DNA from: Pseudomonadota bacterium
GTDB taxonomy: Bacteria; Campylobacterota; Campylobacteria; Campylobacterales; Sulfurimonadaceae
DNA: 64,000 nt
NCBI GenBank assembly: GCA_043797085.1
Contig: JAZDQA010000011.1
Span: 96,001 to 160,000 of the forward strand
Reading direction: 5' to 3'
Under the pieces are notes generated by a model. It was given only the letters and a program-made list of their open reading frames with translations, was not told the DNA's origin and did no database searches. The position numbers and the translations under genes were made by a program. Position 1 is the stretch's first letter. The number at the start of each line of letters is the position of its first letter. Shown here piece after piece: positions 19,526-28,806 of this stretch.

Positions 19526-22509
19526 TGGTTTTCTAAAATATCCACAATATCTACAGGAAGCGATTTGAACAATTCACTATCTGCACCAGCAGCACGTAGC
19601 AACGATTTGATTTCTACACGAATCGTCTTTTTAATATCGTCGTGATCTTTCCAGTCGGCTTTTTGGAGATAAATACCGATTTTGTTAAAAATAGCTAACG
19701 TCAATCCCATAGGATCAGGGAGTAGTTTTTCAATTTTCTTGTAAATTGGAAACTGTTCCGTTGAAGCAAGTCCAAGTCGTTGCCACTCGTCTTTGGCATT
19801 TATAATCTCTTCTTGGATTTTATGGAATTCGGTTAGTAAGTGCGCTTGATCGATTCGATCCTCTTCACGATCACGAATTAGTCGCTCCAACCGCTTTGCC
19901 AAATCGTCATAAAACTCAGGATTCTCTTTTTTATTGGCTTGAATCGTGTGTTTGATCCGATTGGCGATGGTCAGCTCTTTGGTTTTACCGCCTTTACGTG
20001 CCAGCTCTTCTTCGAACCGTTTAGAGTCGGTAATATCCACCGCTTCGGACAGCAGATAATGAACTCCTGTTGCACGAAGGTGTTCATCGATAATCATTTG
20101 GATTTTTTTGCTCTCTTCTTTGGTGATAAGGAGCTTTTCAGGGGTATGGGTATTCACTGATTCCAGTTTAATGTCATTGAAGAGTTTTAAATCATACTCA
20201 TACGCTACCGCAAATGGATCAGGCAACACAATATCCATAGACTTGTTAAAGAGCTTCACCAGCTCGATATATTTGTCTCTCAGATCATCGGGTTCGAGAT
20301 ACAGTACACAAGCATCCACAAACTTAGCTCGCTCTTTATGTCTGTCAATTTTAACGGTATTGAAATACGCCACAATTTTTGAATGACGGTTTTCCAGTAT
20401 GGTTTTTTCATTATCAATGTTCGTCATAACGTCACTGGCTTCGAGATCACCGCTAAATATTTTTAAAGCGTCGGTGAGATAGTTGGTAATCCCCGCATAA
20501 TCGACAACAAGTCCATACACTTTTCCACTTCCTGTTCGATTGACCCGTGCGATAGCCTGAAGAAGGTTATGCTCTTTGAGGAGTTTATCGATATACATAC
20601 ATTGAACGATAGGAGCATCGTATCCCGTGAGAAGCATATCTGATACGATCAAAATCGCCGTATTGTCAAACTGTTTTTTGCCGCCTCTACTCAAATCAAT
20701 TTCGCTTCCAAAAGGGAGCTTGAAATTTTCAATCGCTGTTTTTACTTGATCTTCAGACGTTGCCAACTCTCTAAATTCAGGAGGGTCTTTCTTGGTATTC
20801 AAGCTCATGATCACTTTAGTCTCAAAAGTATTCAATCCCTGTTCTTTGAGTTTTAAAAACGCTTTTTGATACGCAATCGCTTGATAACGGTTATGACAAA
20901 CCAGCATAGCTTTATAGCCGTTAGGGTAGATTTTATCTTTGAAATGGGTGATCAAATGTTTAGCAATCTCTTCAAGCCGACGTTTTGCCATGAGAAAAGT
21001 ATCCAAACTTGCCGCTTTGCTTTTGAGCTTGGCTTGTTTCTCTTCAGTTTCATGTCCGAACGTCGCACTGAATACTTCATTCATAAGCTCTTTTTCGATA
21101 AAGAAATCAGGCATTCCCGTCTGATACCGAATCGCCAACGTGTTACCGTCTTCGACCGATTGTTTGATCGTGTACTTATCGATATAGTCCCCGCCGTAAA
21201 ACTCTCGCAATGTCGATTTGGACTCTTTATCGATAGGGGTTCCTGTAAAGGCGATAAACTTGGCTTTGGGAAGTGCGCTTCTCATATACGCCGCCGTCAT
21301 TCCGTATTGGCTACGGTGTGCTTCGTCAATCAGAACAAAGATATTTTCCTTATCCGATAGCACTTCCAGATTATCCCGTTGCTCTTCAGCCCGTTCTTGG
21401 AACTTATGAATCGTTGTCATAAGGGTTTTTCCGTATGTGTCTTTTAGCAGTTCTTTGAGATTGGCGATACTGGCGGTCTGTATCGGATTGTCAAATCCCA
21501 CCCGTCGAAACGTAGAGCTGATTTGATTATCGAGATCGATCCGATCTGTCACCACCAAAATCGTCGGGTTATCAAATCCCGCTTCCTCACGGCGTAATTT
21601 TGTCGCCAAATAGATCATGGTGATCGATTTACCCGATCCTTGGGTGTGCCATACAACACCCCCTTTATTCGTCGTCTGTAATCGATCAAGGATTTTATTG
21701 ACTGCACGGAGCTGCTGATAACGGGGAAGCTTCTTGATCGTTCGCCCCTGATCCACTTCGAAGATCGTGAAGTTACGCACTATGTCCAAAAATATCTCTT
21801 TTTGAAACAAAGCGTGTATTAAAATATCCTGAACCGTCGGTTCCCGATCCACCAGCTCTTGCACTGCCGTAACGTCGTCAGCTCTGTATTTGGCATAGTG
21901 AGGAAAGCTCCCGCCGATTGTTCCATAGAGGGCTTTGCCTTTATTGATTCCAATACACATTTGATTGTAGTGGAAGAGCTTCGGAGAATTGGTTTGGTAA
22001 TATTCCAAGTCGCTGATAGCGTCTGTAATACTCACCTTTGGTGATTTAGCTTCAATCACCGCCAATGGCAAGCCATTGACATAGACAATCAAATCAGGAA
22101 TCGAGTTATTCCCATGCCCGTGGTGTTTCATTTGATTCACGACGAGGAAATTGTTATTTTCGATATTCTGATAATCGATTAGAAATACAGGCTGTGGCTT
22201 GGAATCTGGTGTCGGCTTTTCGGTGATAGCGTCGCTTTTGGTGATTAGTTCAAACGCTCGTTGATTCGCTTCCATGAGGGTACTTGCCGAGATTGTCGTG
22301 ACGTTGCGAATCACCTTTTCGAGAACATTCCCATCCAGCCACGGGTTGATTTTTTGCAGAGCCATTCTGAGCCGATCCAGCAGCACTACTTCATTGATAG
22401 AACTTCGTGAATCTTGTAGTGAAGCGTCGATATAGTCGTATCCCAACTTTTGGAAGAGTTCGATTGCGGGAAGTTCGCTTTGGAAATATTCGGGGGTCAT
22501 TTGGCTCAT
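19522..22509 (-). CDS. hsdR: Type I restriction subunit R
   Basis: PD..NGLPL..IEAK nuclease; WHTQGSGKS, DEAHRSQ, FTGTP, MLLTGYDAP, QAIARVNR. Confidence 0.96.
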   Translation of the reverse strand: MSQMTPEYFQSELPAIELFQKLGYDYIDASLQDSRSSINEVVLLDRLRMALQKINPWLDGNVLEKVIRNVTTISASTLMEANQRAFELITKSDAITEKPTPDSKPQPVFLIDYQNIENNNFLVVNQMKHHGHGNNSIPDLIVYVNGLPLAVIEAKSPKVSITDAISDLEYYQTNSPKLFHYNQMCIGINKGKALYGTIGGSFPHYAKYRADDVTAVQELVDREPTVQDILIHALFQKEIFLDIVRNFTIFEVDQGRTIKKLPRYQQLRAVNKILDRLQTTNKGGVVWHTQGSGKSITMIYLATKLRREEAGFDNPTILVVTDRIDLDNQISSTFRRVGFDNPIQTASIANLKELLKDTYGKTLMTTIHKFQERAEEQRDNLEVLSDKENIFVLIDEAHRSQYGMTAAYMRSALPKAKFIAFTGTPIDKESKSTLREFYGGDYIDKYTIKQSVEDGNTLAIRYQTGMPDFFIEKELMNEVFSATFGHETEEKQAKLKSKAASLDTFLMAKRRLEEIAKHLITHFKDKIYPNGYKAMLVCHNRYQAIAYQKAFLKLKEQGLNTFETKVIMSLNTKKDPPEFRELATSEDQVKTAIENFKLPFGSEIDLSRGGKKQFDNTAILIVSDMLLTGYDAPIVQCMYIDKLLKEHNLLQAIARVNRTGSGKVYGLVVDYAGITNYLTDALKIFSGDLEASDVMTNIDNEKTILENRHSKIVAYFNTVKIDRHKERAKFVDACVLYLEPDDLRDKYIELVKLFNKSMDIVLPDPFAVAYEYDLKLFNDIKLESVNTHTPEKLLITKEESKKIQMIIDEHLRATGVHYLLSEAVDITDSKRFEEELARKGGKTKELTIANRIKHTIQANKKENPEFYDDLAKRLERLIRDREEDRIDQAHLLTEFHKIQEEIINAKDEWQRLGLASTEQFPIYKKIEKLLPDPMGLTLAIFNKIGIYLQKADWKDHDDIKKTIRVEIKSLLRAAGADSELFKSLPVDIVDILENQ

Positions 22510-22518
22510 AACTTCTCT

Positions 22519-23235
22519 TTAGTTGGATTCTAACTGCTGGACAATAAATTGTTTTTTTTCTTCAATCAAGGGAAACTCGTCAAACAAAATACTAAGTTCT
22601 TGCATATCGCTACTGATCCAACCCAATACCGTCAAAATATCGTTATGAATTTGCTCTAAATTAGGCTGATTGAAAACAGGCTCATAGTGAAAAATACGAT
22701 TTCTAAATTTTCTGATTAAGTCTATAGTATTGCCAACAATGACTTTATCACTATCAACAGAATGCGAAATGGGACAGTTTGGAAATACGTCAGAAAATAT
22801 TTTACGCCACATATTGGTGTAATTTCGCTCCTTAGAGAGCAATAGTTCAGTCCAAAAACCGAAATTAAGTTCTGCAATTATTTTTCCGTCATGGATATTA
22901 TTGTGTCTAAGTTTATATTTGACACCACAAAGCATTTTCCAGCATTCCCGTGAATGTTTCTCTTTTTTAGCGAGATACCTTTCATGTGAATTTGTTTCAT
23001 GCAAATAGAAAAAATCATGGCTCGGATAATGTTTTTTAAATCCGTTATAAATGGCATTACGCAAAGAAACTTCGAGATTTTGAAGTAGAAAATAAAAGTT
23101 TTCAGAGATTTTAGCATTCAGAATATAGTTGGCTATCGCCAGCTTGTTATCATTACTTCCACCATTATTTTTGTAAGTGGATAATCTGCTAGCGGATATA
23201 CTCGTTTCAATGTTGTTATAAAATTGTTGTGTCAT
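22519..23235 (-). CDS. Abi-like (AbiD/AbiF family) HEPN protein
   Basis: S..RL..Y, LEVSLRN, LNFGFW, and the HEPN R-x4-H motif RNRIFH(YEP). Confidence 0.85.
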   Translation of the reverse strand: MTQQFYNNIETSISASRLSTYKNNGGSNDNKLAIANYILNAKISENFYFLLQNLEVSLRNAIYNGFKKHYPSHDFFYLHETNSHERYLAKKEKHSRECWKMLCGVKYKLRHNNIHDGKIIAELNFGFWTELLLSKERNYTNMWRKIFSDVFPNCPISHSVDSDKVIVGNTIDLIRKFRNRIFHYEPVFNQPNLEQIHNDILTVLGWISSDMQELSILFDEFPLIEEKKQFIVQQLESN

Positions 23236-23287
23236 TTTGCTACTTTAACTCAATTTAATATGAAATTCGTTACACTTCTTTTAATGA

Positions 23288-23346
23288 ACCTCGGAATCAC
23301 CCGAAGATATAAGTAGGGATTGCCTCTCACTGAAGCTGTCCGAGGT
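23288..23346 (-). ncRNA. Candidate structured RNA upstream of the Abi-like gene
   Basis: 8-bp closing stem ACCTCGGA/TCCGAGGT enclosing two hairpins, one with a C(UUCG)G tetraloop on the minus strand; GC-rich patch in AT-rich spacer. Confidence 0.55.
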
Positions 23347-23416
23347 ACTGTCTTTCACTTCTAACATTCAAATCTTGATTTATTATCTCTGTAATTTTCA
23401 CCAATAAAGCAACATT

Positions 23417-23584
23417 ATGAAAAAAACAATCGCTAATTCCAATCCCTATTTTTCGACACCACAGAAGAAAGAGAATATGATAGTCAATTCTGTCTATACT
23501 TCCGCTAAAGTCGAAGGCTCCAAAACGACCAAAGAAGAACTGAAAAAACATTATGCACGTCTCATTTTTGCTCAACTTCAATAG
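23417..23584 (+). CDS. Unannotated 55-aa protein with Fic-antitoxin-like SxxxEG motif
   Basis: MKKTIANSNPYFSTPQKKENMIVNSVYTSAKVEGSKTTKEELKKHYARLIFAQLQ. Confidence 0.5.
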   Translation: MKKTIANSNPYFSTPQKKENMIVNSVYTSAKVEGSKTTKEELKKHYARLIFAQLQ

Positions 23585-24893
23585 GAACGTCAATTCTATC
23601 CATCGCAATACAAACGTTGTCTTTAACAATATAGCATTCAACAAAATGCTTACCTTTGAATTTTGTTGGTTCAGTATGAGTTCTTTCGCCTTTAAAAATT
23701 GATCCCCTCAATTGACCAGCCTTTTTAGACTCTAGCCCTTCATTTTTTACTTTCCAATAAATTTCATATCCATTAGGAATCTCATCGTCTATCTTTTCAA
23801 TAAAAAATTCCAACTTTTTTTGTGCTCTTAATATGGGGACAACACTTAGAAACATATCTCGTATGCCATTTTGTCCTTTTACAATACAATTTATTTTTAA
23901 TTGATAATCTAAAGATATTAGAACAACTTTGTCTTCTATGAATTCTTCAACTTCAGAATAATTTTCATTGAATTTTTCAAGTTTAGCACTTCGTGTAAAT
24001 TCAGGAAATTTATAACCAAAAACTGCTTTCCATTTTTCGATACTTTTCTTTTTATCCTCTTCATTATATGCTTCATTTGTTTTGTCGTTATAAAGTTTAA
24101 TTTTATTTCTAAAATTCGAATATTGATCTTCAGTCCAATTTCGCATAAAGTCTTCTTGAGGCATTATAGGGTTATACACATGCGGCATTACGGAATTTAC
24201 TTGTAAATAATCATTCAGTCTATTTATTAAAGTTTTAAAAGCTGTTGGTAAATTACTATAATTAGTTGTACTATCTGAAGAATAAACTTGATTAGCAAGT
24301 AACGTATTTAATAAAACAGATTTCACTGTAAAATTCTGTTTTATATCTCTCATATATTTAAACAGTCTTATTACCTTTCTAAGGTTGTAATTAGTCAATC
24401 TATTTTTATCGGCTAACCATGTAGTATATTCAATAGGACTTGTTAGTTCAAAGGCATTATCTTTGAAGTTGACTATGTAGTATCCCCCAGCTCTTTCTAT
24501 AAGAGGAACAATATCAATATGAAAATCTCCAGCGTAATTAAGGGTCACGCAGCGAGTATTTTTTTTTATAATATTTTGATATGTACTTGTTTCTTGAAAT
24601 TCTTTAAACAATTGATTTATGTACTCACAAGGATTATCTTCAAATTCATCTATTGGTGTAACCAACAATAAAATATCAGCGTCAAATTCTTTATTCGCTT
24701 TTGGTGGCTTGATAATTGTTTTATGCCTATATGAACCCTGTGAAAACATTTCTTGATAACTATCACAAAATGTATCAGTCTTTTGTATAAATTGATTTAA
24801 AGTATTAAACTTTTGATCCAAAATATTGACTCTCGATTGATTCAGATTCACTTCGTCATTCATAAATTGATTGAAATAGCTAACTAATTGCAC
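23562..24893 (-). CDS. CBASS cyclic oligonucleotide synthase (SMODS/CD-NTase) with C-terminal AGS-C domain
   Basis: QGSY...TIIKP, EFDADI, HIDIVP; C-terminal YWKVKN.G....QLRG.I....E.TKFKGKHFVECYIVK. Confidence 0.9.
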   Translation of the reverse strand: MQLVSYFNQFMNDEVNLNQSRVNILDQKFNTLNQFIQKTDTFCDSYQEMFSQGSYRHKTIIKPPKANKEFDADILLLVTPIDEFEDNPCEYINQLFKEFQETSTYQNIIKKNTRCVTLNYAGDFHIDIVPLIERAGGYYIVNFKDNAFELTSPIEYTTWLADKNRLTNYNLRKVIRLFKYMRDIKQNFTVKSVLLNTLLANQVYSSDSTTNYSNLPTAFKTLINRLNDYLQVNSVMPHVYNPIMPQEDFMRNWTEDQYSNFRNKIKLYNDKTNEAYNEEDKKKSIEKWKAVFGYKFPEFTRSAKLEKFNENYSEVEEFIEDKVVLISLDYQLKINCIVKGQNGIRDMFLSVVPILRAQKKLEFFIEKIDDEIPNGYEIYWKVKNEGLESKKAGQLRGSIFKGERTHTEPTKFKGKHFVECYIVKDNVCIAMDRIDVPIEVEQK

Positions 24894-24894
24894 A

Positions 24895-25839
24895 TTACTC
24901 TCCTAAGCCTAATAATCTTCGTATTGCTTCACTATTTTCAGCAAAGTGTTTTACTGCTTTTGACTCTAATGTTGAAATGATATTAGTCTTGTCTAATGAT
25001 AACTCATTGTCAGATTCAAAATTAAGTCGTAAATAATTTTCTTTCGGAAGCATAAAATTGACAGTATTATGCACATTAATTGACTGTAAATTCAAAATTG
25101 TGTCAATGAGCTTACTGGTTTTCCATTTAGTGAGAAAACCCCATTTGTCTAGCATAGAATCTTGCGTGTCATAGTATTTGTGCCCTATGCCAGTCCCTAT
25201 AGATAATAGTTTTATATTATTCATAGTAATAGAGTCAATATTATTTGTCGTTTTAATTTTTCCTATGGCTTCTGTTAGTGCAACAAGAGAAGGATTATTT
25301 GCCCATAAGCCCCCATCTGCTAATAAATATTTTTGCATTTCGACTGGATTAAAATATAAAGGTGCCGAACAAGAAGCAAGTATAGCGTCTTGAATTTTTC
25401 GATCTTTATCTCTTTTATATTCAGATAGATAATGTGACTTTATTACATGAACGTCACCGTTAGATATATCAGTTGTAGGGATGAGTAAACGAGTTTTTAT
25501 GGAAGAATCAGATAATGTTTTATTCTTAAATTTACTGTTCAGAAGGTTTTTTAAATGAGAATTGTCATATCTACTTTTAAATAATCCCATTCGTCCAGTT
25601 TGACGTAATTTAAAAATATTTTCACCTTCATTTTTATATAAATCAATTATCTCTTGCAATGGAATATCTATCGCTATGGCTGAAGCTAAGATTGATCCCG
25701 TACTTGTGCCTGCTATTAAGTCAAAATGTTCATTGATCTTGATAGCAAACTTATCTTCTATTTCTTTGAGAATTATCGCAGAATATATCCCTCTTATGCC
25801 ACCACCGTCAATTGAAAGAATTTTAAAATATTGATTCAT
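24895..25839 (-). CDS. Patatin-like phospholipase (CapV-type CBASS effector)
   Basis: DGGGIRG, GTSTG, SCSAP, DGGLWANNP; directly upstream of the CD-NTase. Confidence 0.92.
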   Translation of the reverse strand: MNQYFKILSIDGGGIRGIYSAIILKEIEDKFAIKINEHFDLIAGTSTGSILASAIAIDIPLQEIIDLYKNEGENIFKLRQTGRMGLFKSRYDNSHLKNLLNSKFKNKTLSDSSIKTRLLIPTTDISNGDVHVIKSHYLSEYKRDKDRKIQDAILASCSAPLYFNPVEMQKYLLADGGLWANNPSLVALTEAIGKIKTTNNIDSITMNNIKLLSIGTGIGHKYYDTQDSMLDKWGFLTKWKTSKLIDTILNLQSINVHNTVNFMLPKENYLRLNFESDNELSLDKTNIISTLESKAVKHFAENSEAIRRLLGLGE

Positions 25840-25894
25840 TAAAACACTAACTCCATTGATTTTTTTAGCAGTTTAATTATCAAAGTATCGTTTT

Positions 25895-27247
25895 TCAACT
25901 GGGTTCTCTTTCAGCTAATTTCTTCAAATATTTATTTTGCTCTTCTATCAATTTAATCAATTGATCTTGTTTTTGGCTCTCTGTAGATTTGTCATTTATG
26001 GCTTTTAAGAGTTGCACGTTATCGTTATCATTATCCACCTTCTCACTAGAAGAAATATGATAAGTTGCTGCTATGCTAAAAAGTCCCACTACTATACTAA
26101 TACCAATCCCCCACAACGCTATTTTTCTTGTGAAGCTATTAGCACCTTTATTTTCGGCAATTTCTGTATCTTTTTGTCCTATTTGTATTTCAACCTTTTC
26201 ATTCTGCTTCTTCAGCTCGATCAGTTGATCTTCGATCTTTTCATTTTGTGTTTTTAATTCATTGACAATAATTTCATTATTGCCCTGCTGATTTTGCATT
26301 AGCAAAATGATATTGTTTTGAATATCTGAATCAGAAGTCTGTATTTGCAATAGCTCTGAATTAACGGTAATGAGAGTGTCATTTTGTTCTTTTAGTATCT
26401 CAAGAATAGAAATGATTTGTGCATTTTGTGCAGGTAGTGGATTTTTTGGAATTTTAAGTGGTGTGTATTCCCTTTTAAGGATGCTGGGAATGGTTCGTGA
26501 TTGTTCCGCAATTTTATATTCCAAGCTATCGCTTGCAATAGACGTTCCAAGACCAGCTAATATTTTTGAAGAACCCAATAAATCTCTATTGTTCTCTATT
26601 GCTGCAGTTGCATATGCTAAACCTGACTTGTATGTTTTAAAATTTTCTAAATGTGACAATGTATTTTGAATACTTGGGCTATCAATTGTTTTGCGGAACT
26701 GTTCCATAGCTGATTGAACTGTTGCATATTCAGGCTTCAAATATTGTTTGTAATCAGCCGCCAATGCTTCAGCCAAGCCAAGCCCCTTATGCTCAATTGA
26801 CCCCAATAATGGCTTCGTAAATGCCTCATAGTCTTGTGCACTTTTAAATGCAGCAGCGATACTTGGGTTGTTAAGGGATTTTTCCAATTCAGAAATTTTT
26901 GATTGTAAAGATTCAGCGCTCCATGCAGAATCTACCAATCCACCTAAAAAGGTTTTTTTATCATCTTCTATTTGTTTAAAAGTTTCAAATATTGGATTTT
27001 TATAGGCTAATTCTATCTCTTCATACAATTGTTCTATAGCTGTTTTTTTGCTTTTTTCATGTGCTTGAAAATCTGCTGTAAGCTTCTCTATTGCTTGTTG
27101 AGCAGCTGATTTCTTATCCTCACCATTTGTGCTCAAGTCTAATTCTGGGGAAATACTTGGCAAGGGTGGTTTTTCATTTTCGTCTAATGGAAGCTTTGCT
27201 TTTGAAAAATCAATAGTCTTTAAATTCAATTTTGGCTTTTTCTCCAT
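25895..27247 (-). CDS. Hypothetical protein, coiled coil with single C-proximal TM
   Basis: 450 aa; Q/E/K-rich heptads; TM IALWGIGISIVVGLFSIAATY. Confidence 0.75.
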   Translation of the reverse strand: MEKKPKLNLKTIDFSKAKLPLDENEKPPLPSISPELDLSTNGEDKKSAAQQAIEKLTADFQAHEKSKKTAIEQLYEEIELAYKNPIFETFKQIEDDKKTFLGGLVDSAWSAESLQSKISELEKSLNNPSIAAAFKSAQDYEAFTKPLLGSIEHKGLGLAEALAADYKQYLKPEYATVQSAMEQFRKTIDSPSIQNTLSHLENFKTYKSGLAYATAAIENNRDLLGSSKILAGLGTSIASDSLEYKIAEQSRTIPSILKREYTPLKIPKNPLPAQNAQIISILEILKEQNDTLITVNSELLQIQTSDSDIQNNIILLMQNQQGNNEIIVNELKTQNEKIEDQLIELKKQNEKVEIQIGQKDTEIAENKGANSFTRKIALWGIGISIVVGLFSIAATYHISSSEKVDNDNDNVQLLKAINDKSTESQKQDQLIKLIEEQNKYLKKLAEREPS

Positions 27248-27296
27248 TAGTTTACCCTCACTTCCCCGCTCAACAACTTCTGCATAAGTCTTTTTT
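27248..27296 (-). repeat. Second copy of the hsdS 3' end
   Basis: 26 bp identical (27257-27282 = 28812-28837); encodes KRLMQKLLSGEVRVN* versus hsdS KGLIQKLLSGEVRVNA*. Confidence 0.9.
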
Positions 27297-27311
27297 GAAC
27301 GATTATATTCC

Positions 27312-28322
27312 TCATAATTTTGTTTTCCTCTTTGCAGCTACGATAAATTGATATATCAAAAAGCCAGCAAAGATTTTATGTAAAAACCATATCCCATATA
27401 TGTTGTCGAACTTTTCACCTGCTGTTCTACTTAAGGGATTAAAAAAATGCATAAAATCATTAAAATTGTACGTCAGTATAAGTCCTAAACAATACAAGCC
27501 CATATATAAAGCTATCGAAAGTGTAATCAGCCAAAATAATGGTAACGTCCAACTTTGACCGTAATTTGAGACTATACGATTGAAAGAAAATAAAAACTTA
27601 TCCTCTATATTTTCAAATAACTTCGTTTGCTTTAGCTCTTTACGATATTCGTTAAGTTCCAAACTGTAAAACAGTTGAGAATCAATAAAGTTTTTTTGAT
27701 TTTCAAGAACAACTTTGAGTTGTCTAAAAGTATCACGATTGGCTTGATATTTTTTACCCCAATGCACTTCGTTGAATTTAATGCCTTCAAATTGTGTATG
27801 CTTAAAGATTAATGTGGCTTTTTTAAAGTCAATATTAATCAACTTCGCCTTTTCTAAAATACAATTTTCAATATCAACAATAGCACTAAATGAACAATTT
27901 TTAAGATCAAATTTTTTACTATCGTGCCTTGAATCAAAACCTATGATCCTAAAGTTCGCATTAAAGACAGAATCATTGATTATGATTTTTTCACCACTTG
28001 CTAAAGATATATCAGCGTTAGCCATAAACTCACAATTATCAAAAGTTAAATTCTTTAGTTTTTGAAACTTGGATGAATCAAACTCACCCTGAAACTTACA
28101 ATTTATGAAGTTCAAACTATCCGCTATTTGAGTGTTGGAAGGGAAAAAATAATCAAATATAGACGCTTCAGTAATATCAGGAAATTCGATACATTTACAT
28201 GATAAAACATTAGAAGCCCTGCTTGGAAGATAGGTAGCATTGTTGTTTTTATATAGTTCTGCAAAATCAGACCAAAAAGCGTCTGAGGTTTCAGCTGAAA
28301 AATATTGATCACATTTGTTCAA
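27312..28322 (-). CDS. Pentapeptide-like repeat protein with C-terminal membrane domain
   Basis: FxNCxF-type repeats, RDTFRQLK, SNYGQSWTLPLFWL, C-terminal TMs. Confidence 0.8.
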   Translation of the reverse strand: MNKCDQYFSAETSDAFWSDFAELYKNNNATYLPSRASNVLSCKCIEFPDITEASIFDYFFPSNTQIADSLNFINCKFQGEFDSSKFQKLKNLTFDNCEFMANADISLASGEKIIINDSVFNANFRIIGFDSRHDSKKFDLKNCSFSAIVDIENCILEKAKLINIDFKKATLIFKHTQFEGIKFNEVHWGKKYQANRDTFRQLKVVLENQKNFIDSQLFYSLELNEYRKELKQTKLFENIEDKFLFSFNRIVSNYGQSWTLPLFWLITLSIALYMGLYCLGLILTYNFNDFMHFFNPLSRTAGEKFDNIYGIWFLHKIFAGFLIYQFIVAAKRKTKL

Positions 28323-28332
28323 TTGATCACCC

Positions 28333-28806
28333 TTACTTTTCTTCCAGTTTCATGATTTTCAATTTCTTTGTGCCATCTTTTGAATTAAAATCAAGCATTG
28401 CAGCAGCTTTCTTATTAATATAAAGTTGAATCTTTCCACCACATTCGGCAGGCGTTTTTGGATCAACAATATTAGAGATTAAAAGTTTAATTCTCGGTTG
28501 AAAATTACTTGCTGGATTGCGCAAGATGATACTTTCTCCATATTTAAACGTTAATTGGCAGTTTGAAAGCAATATTGCTTGATTGTCATAAGCCTCGCTG
28601 CTCACACCCACCATAACAGTCTGTCCATCTTCAATATTATCTTTGAGTTCATCCGAAAGGTTTTTCACATACGCATGCGTCTCTTCTACCTGAGTTATGA
28701 GTTGTTTTGTTTTTTCTGGAAAGCCAAAATACACCATTGCAATAGTTACCACGGCAGTAATTCCCTTAAGTATTTCCCACCAATTATTTTTTAAAAAATT
28801 AAGCAT
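28333..28806 (-). CDS. Membrane-anchored protein, possible RlpA-like double-psi beta-barrel
   Basis: N-terminal TM; C-terminal LYINKKAAAMLDF...GTKKLKI resembles the RlpA IDLS..AA..L...G...V.I pattern. Confidence 0.6.
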   Translation of the reverse strand: MLNFLKNNWWEILKGITAVVTIAMVYFGFPEKTKQLITQVEETHAYVKNLSDELKDNIEDGQTVMVGVSSEAYDNQAILLSNCQLTFKYGESIILRNPASNFQPRIKLLISNIVDPKTPAECGGKIQLYINKKAAAMLDFNSKDGTKKLKIMKLEEK

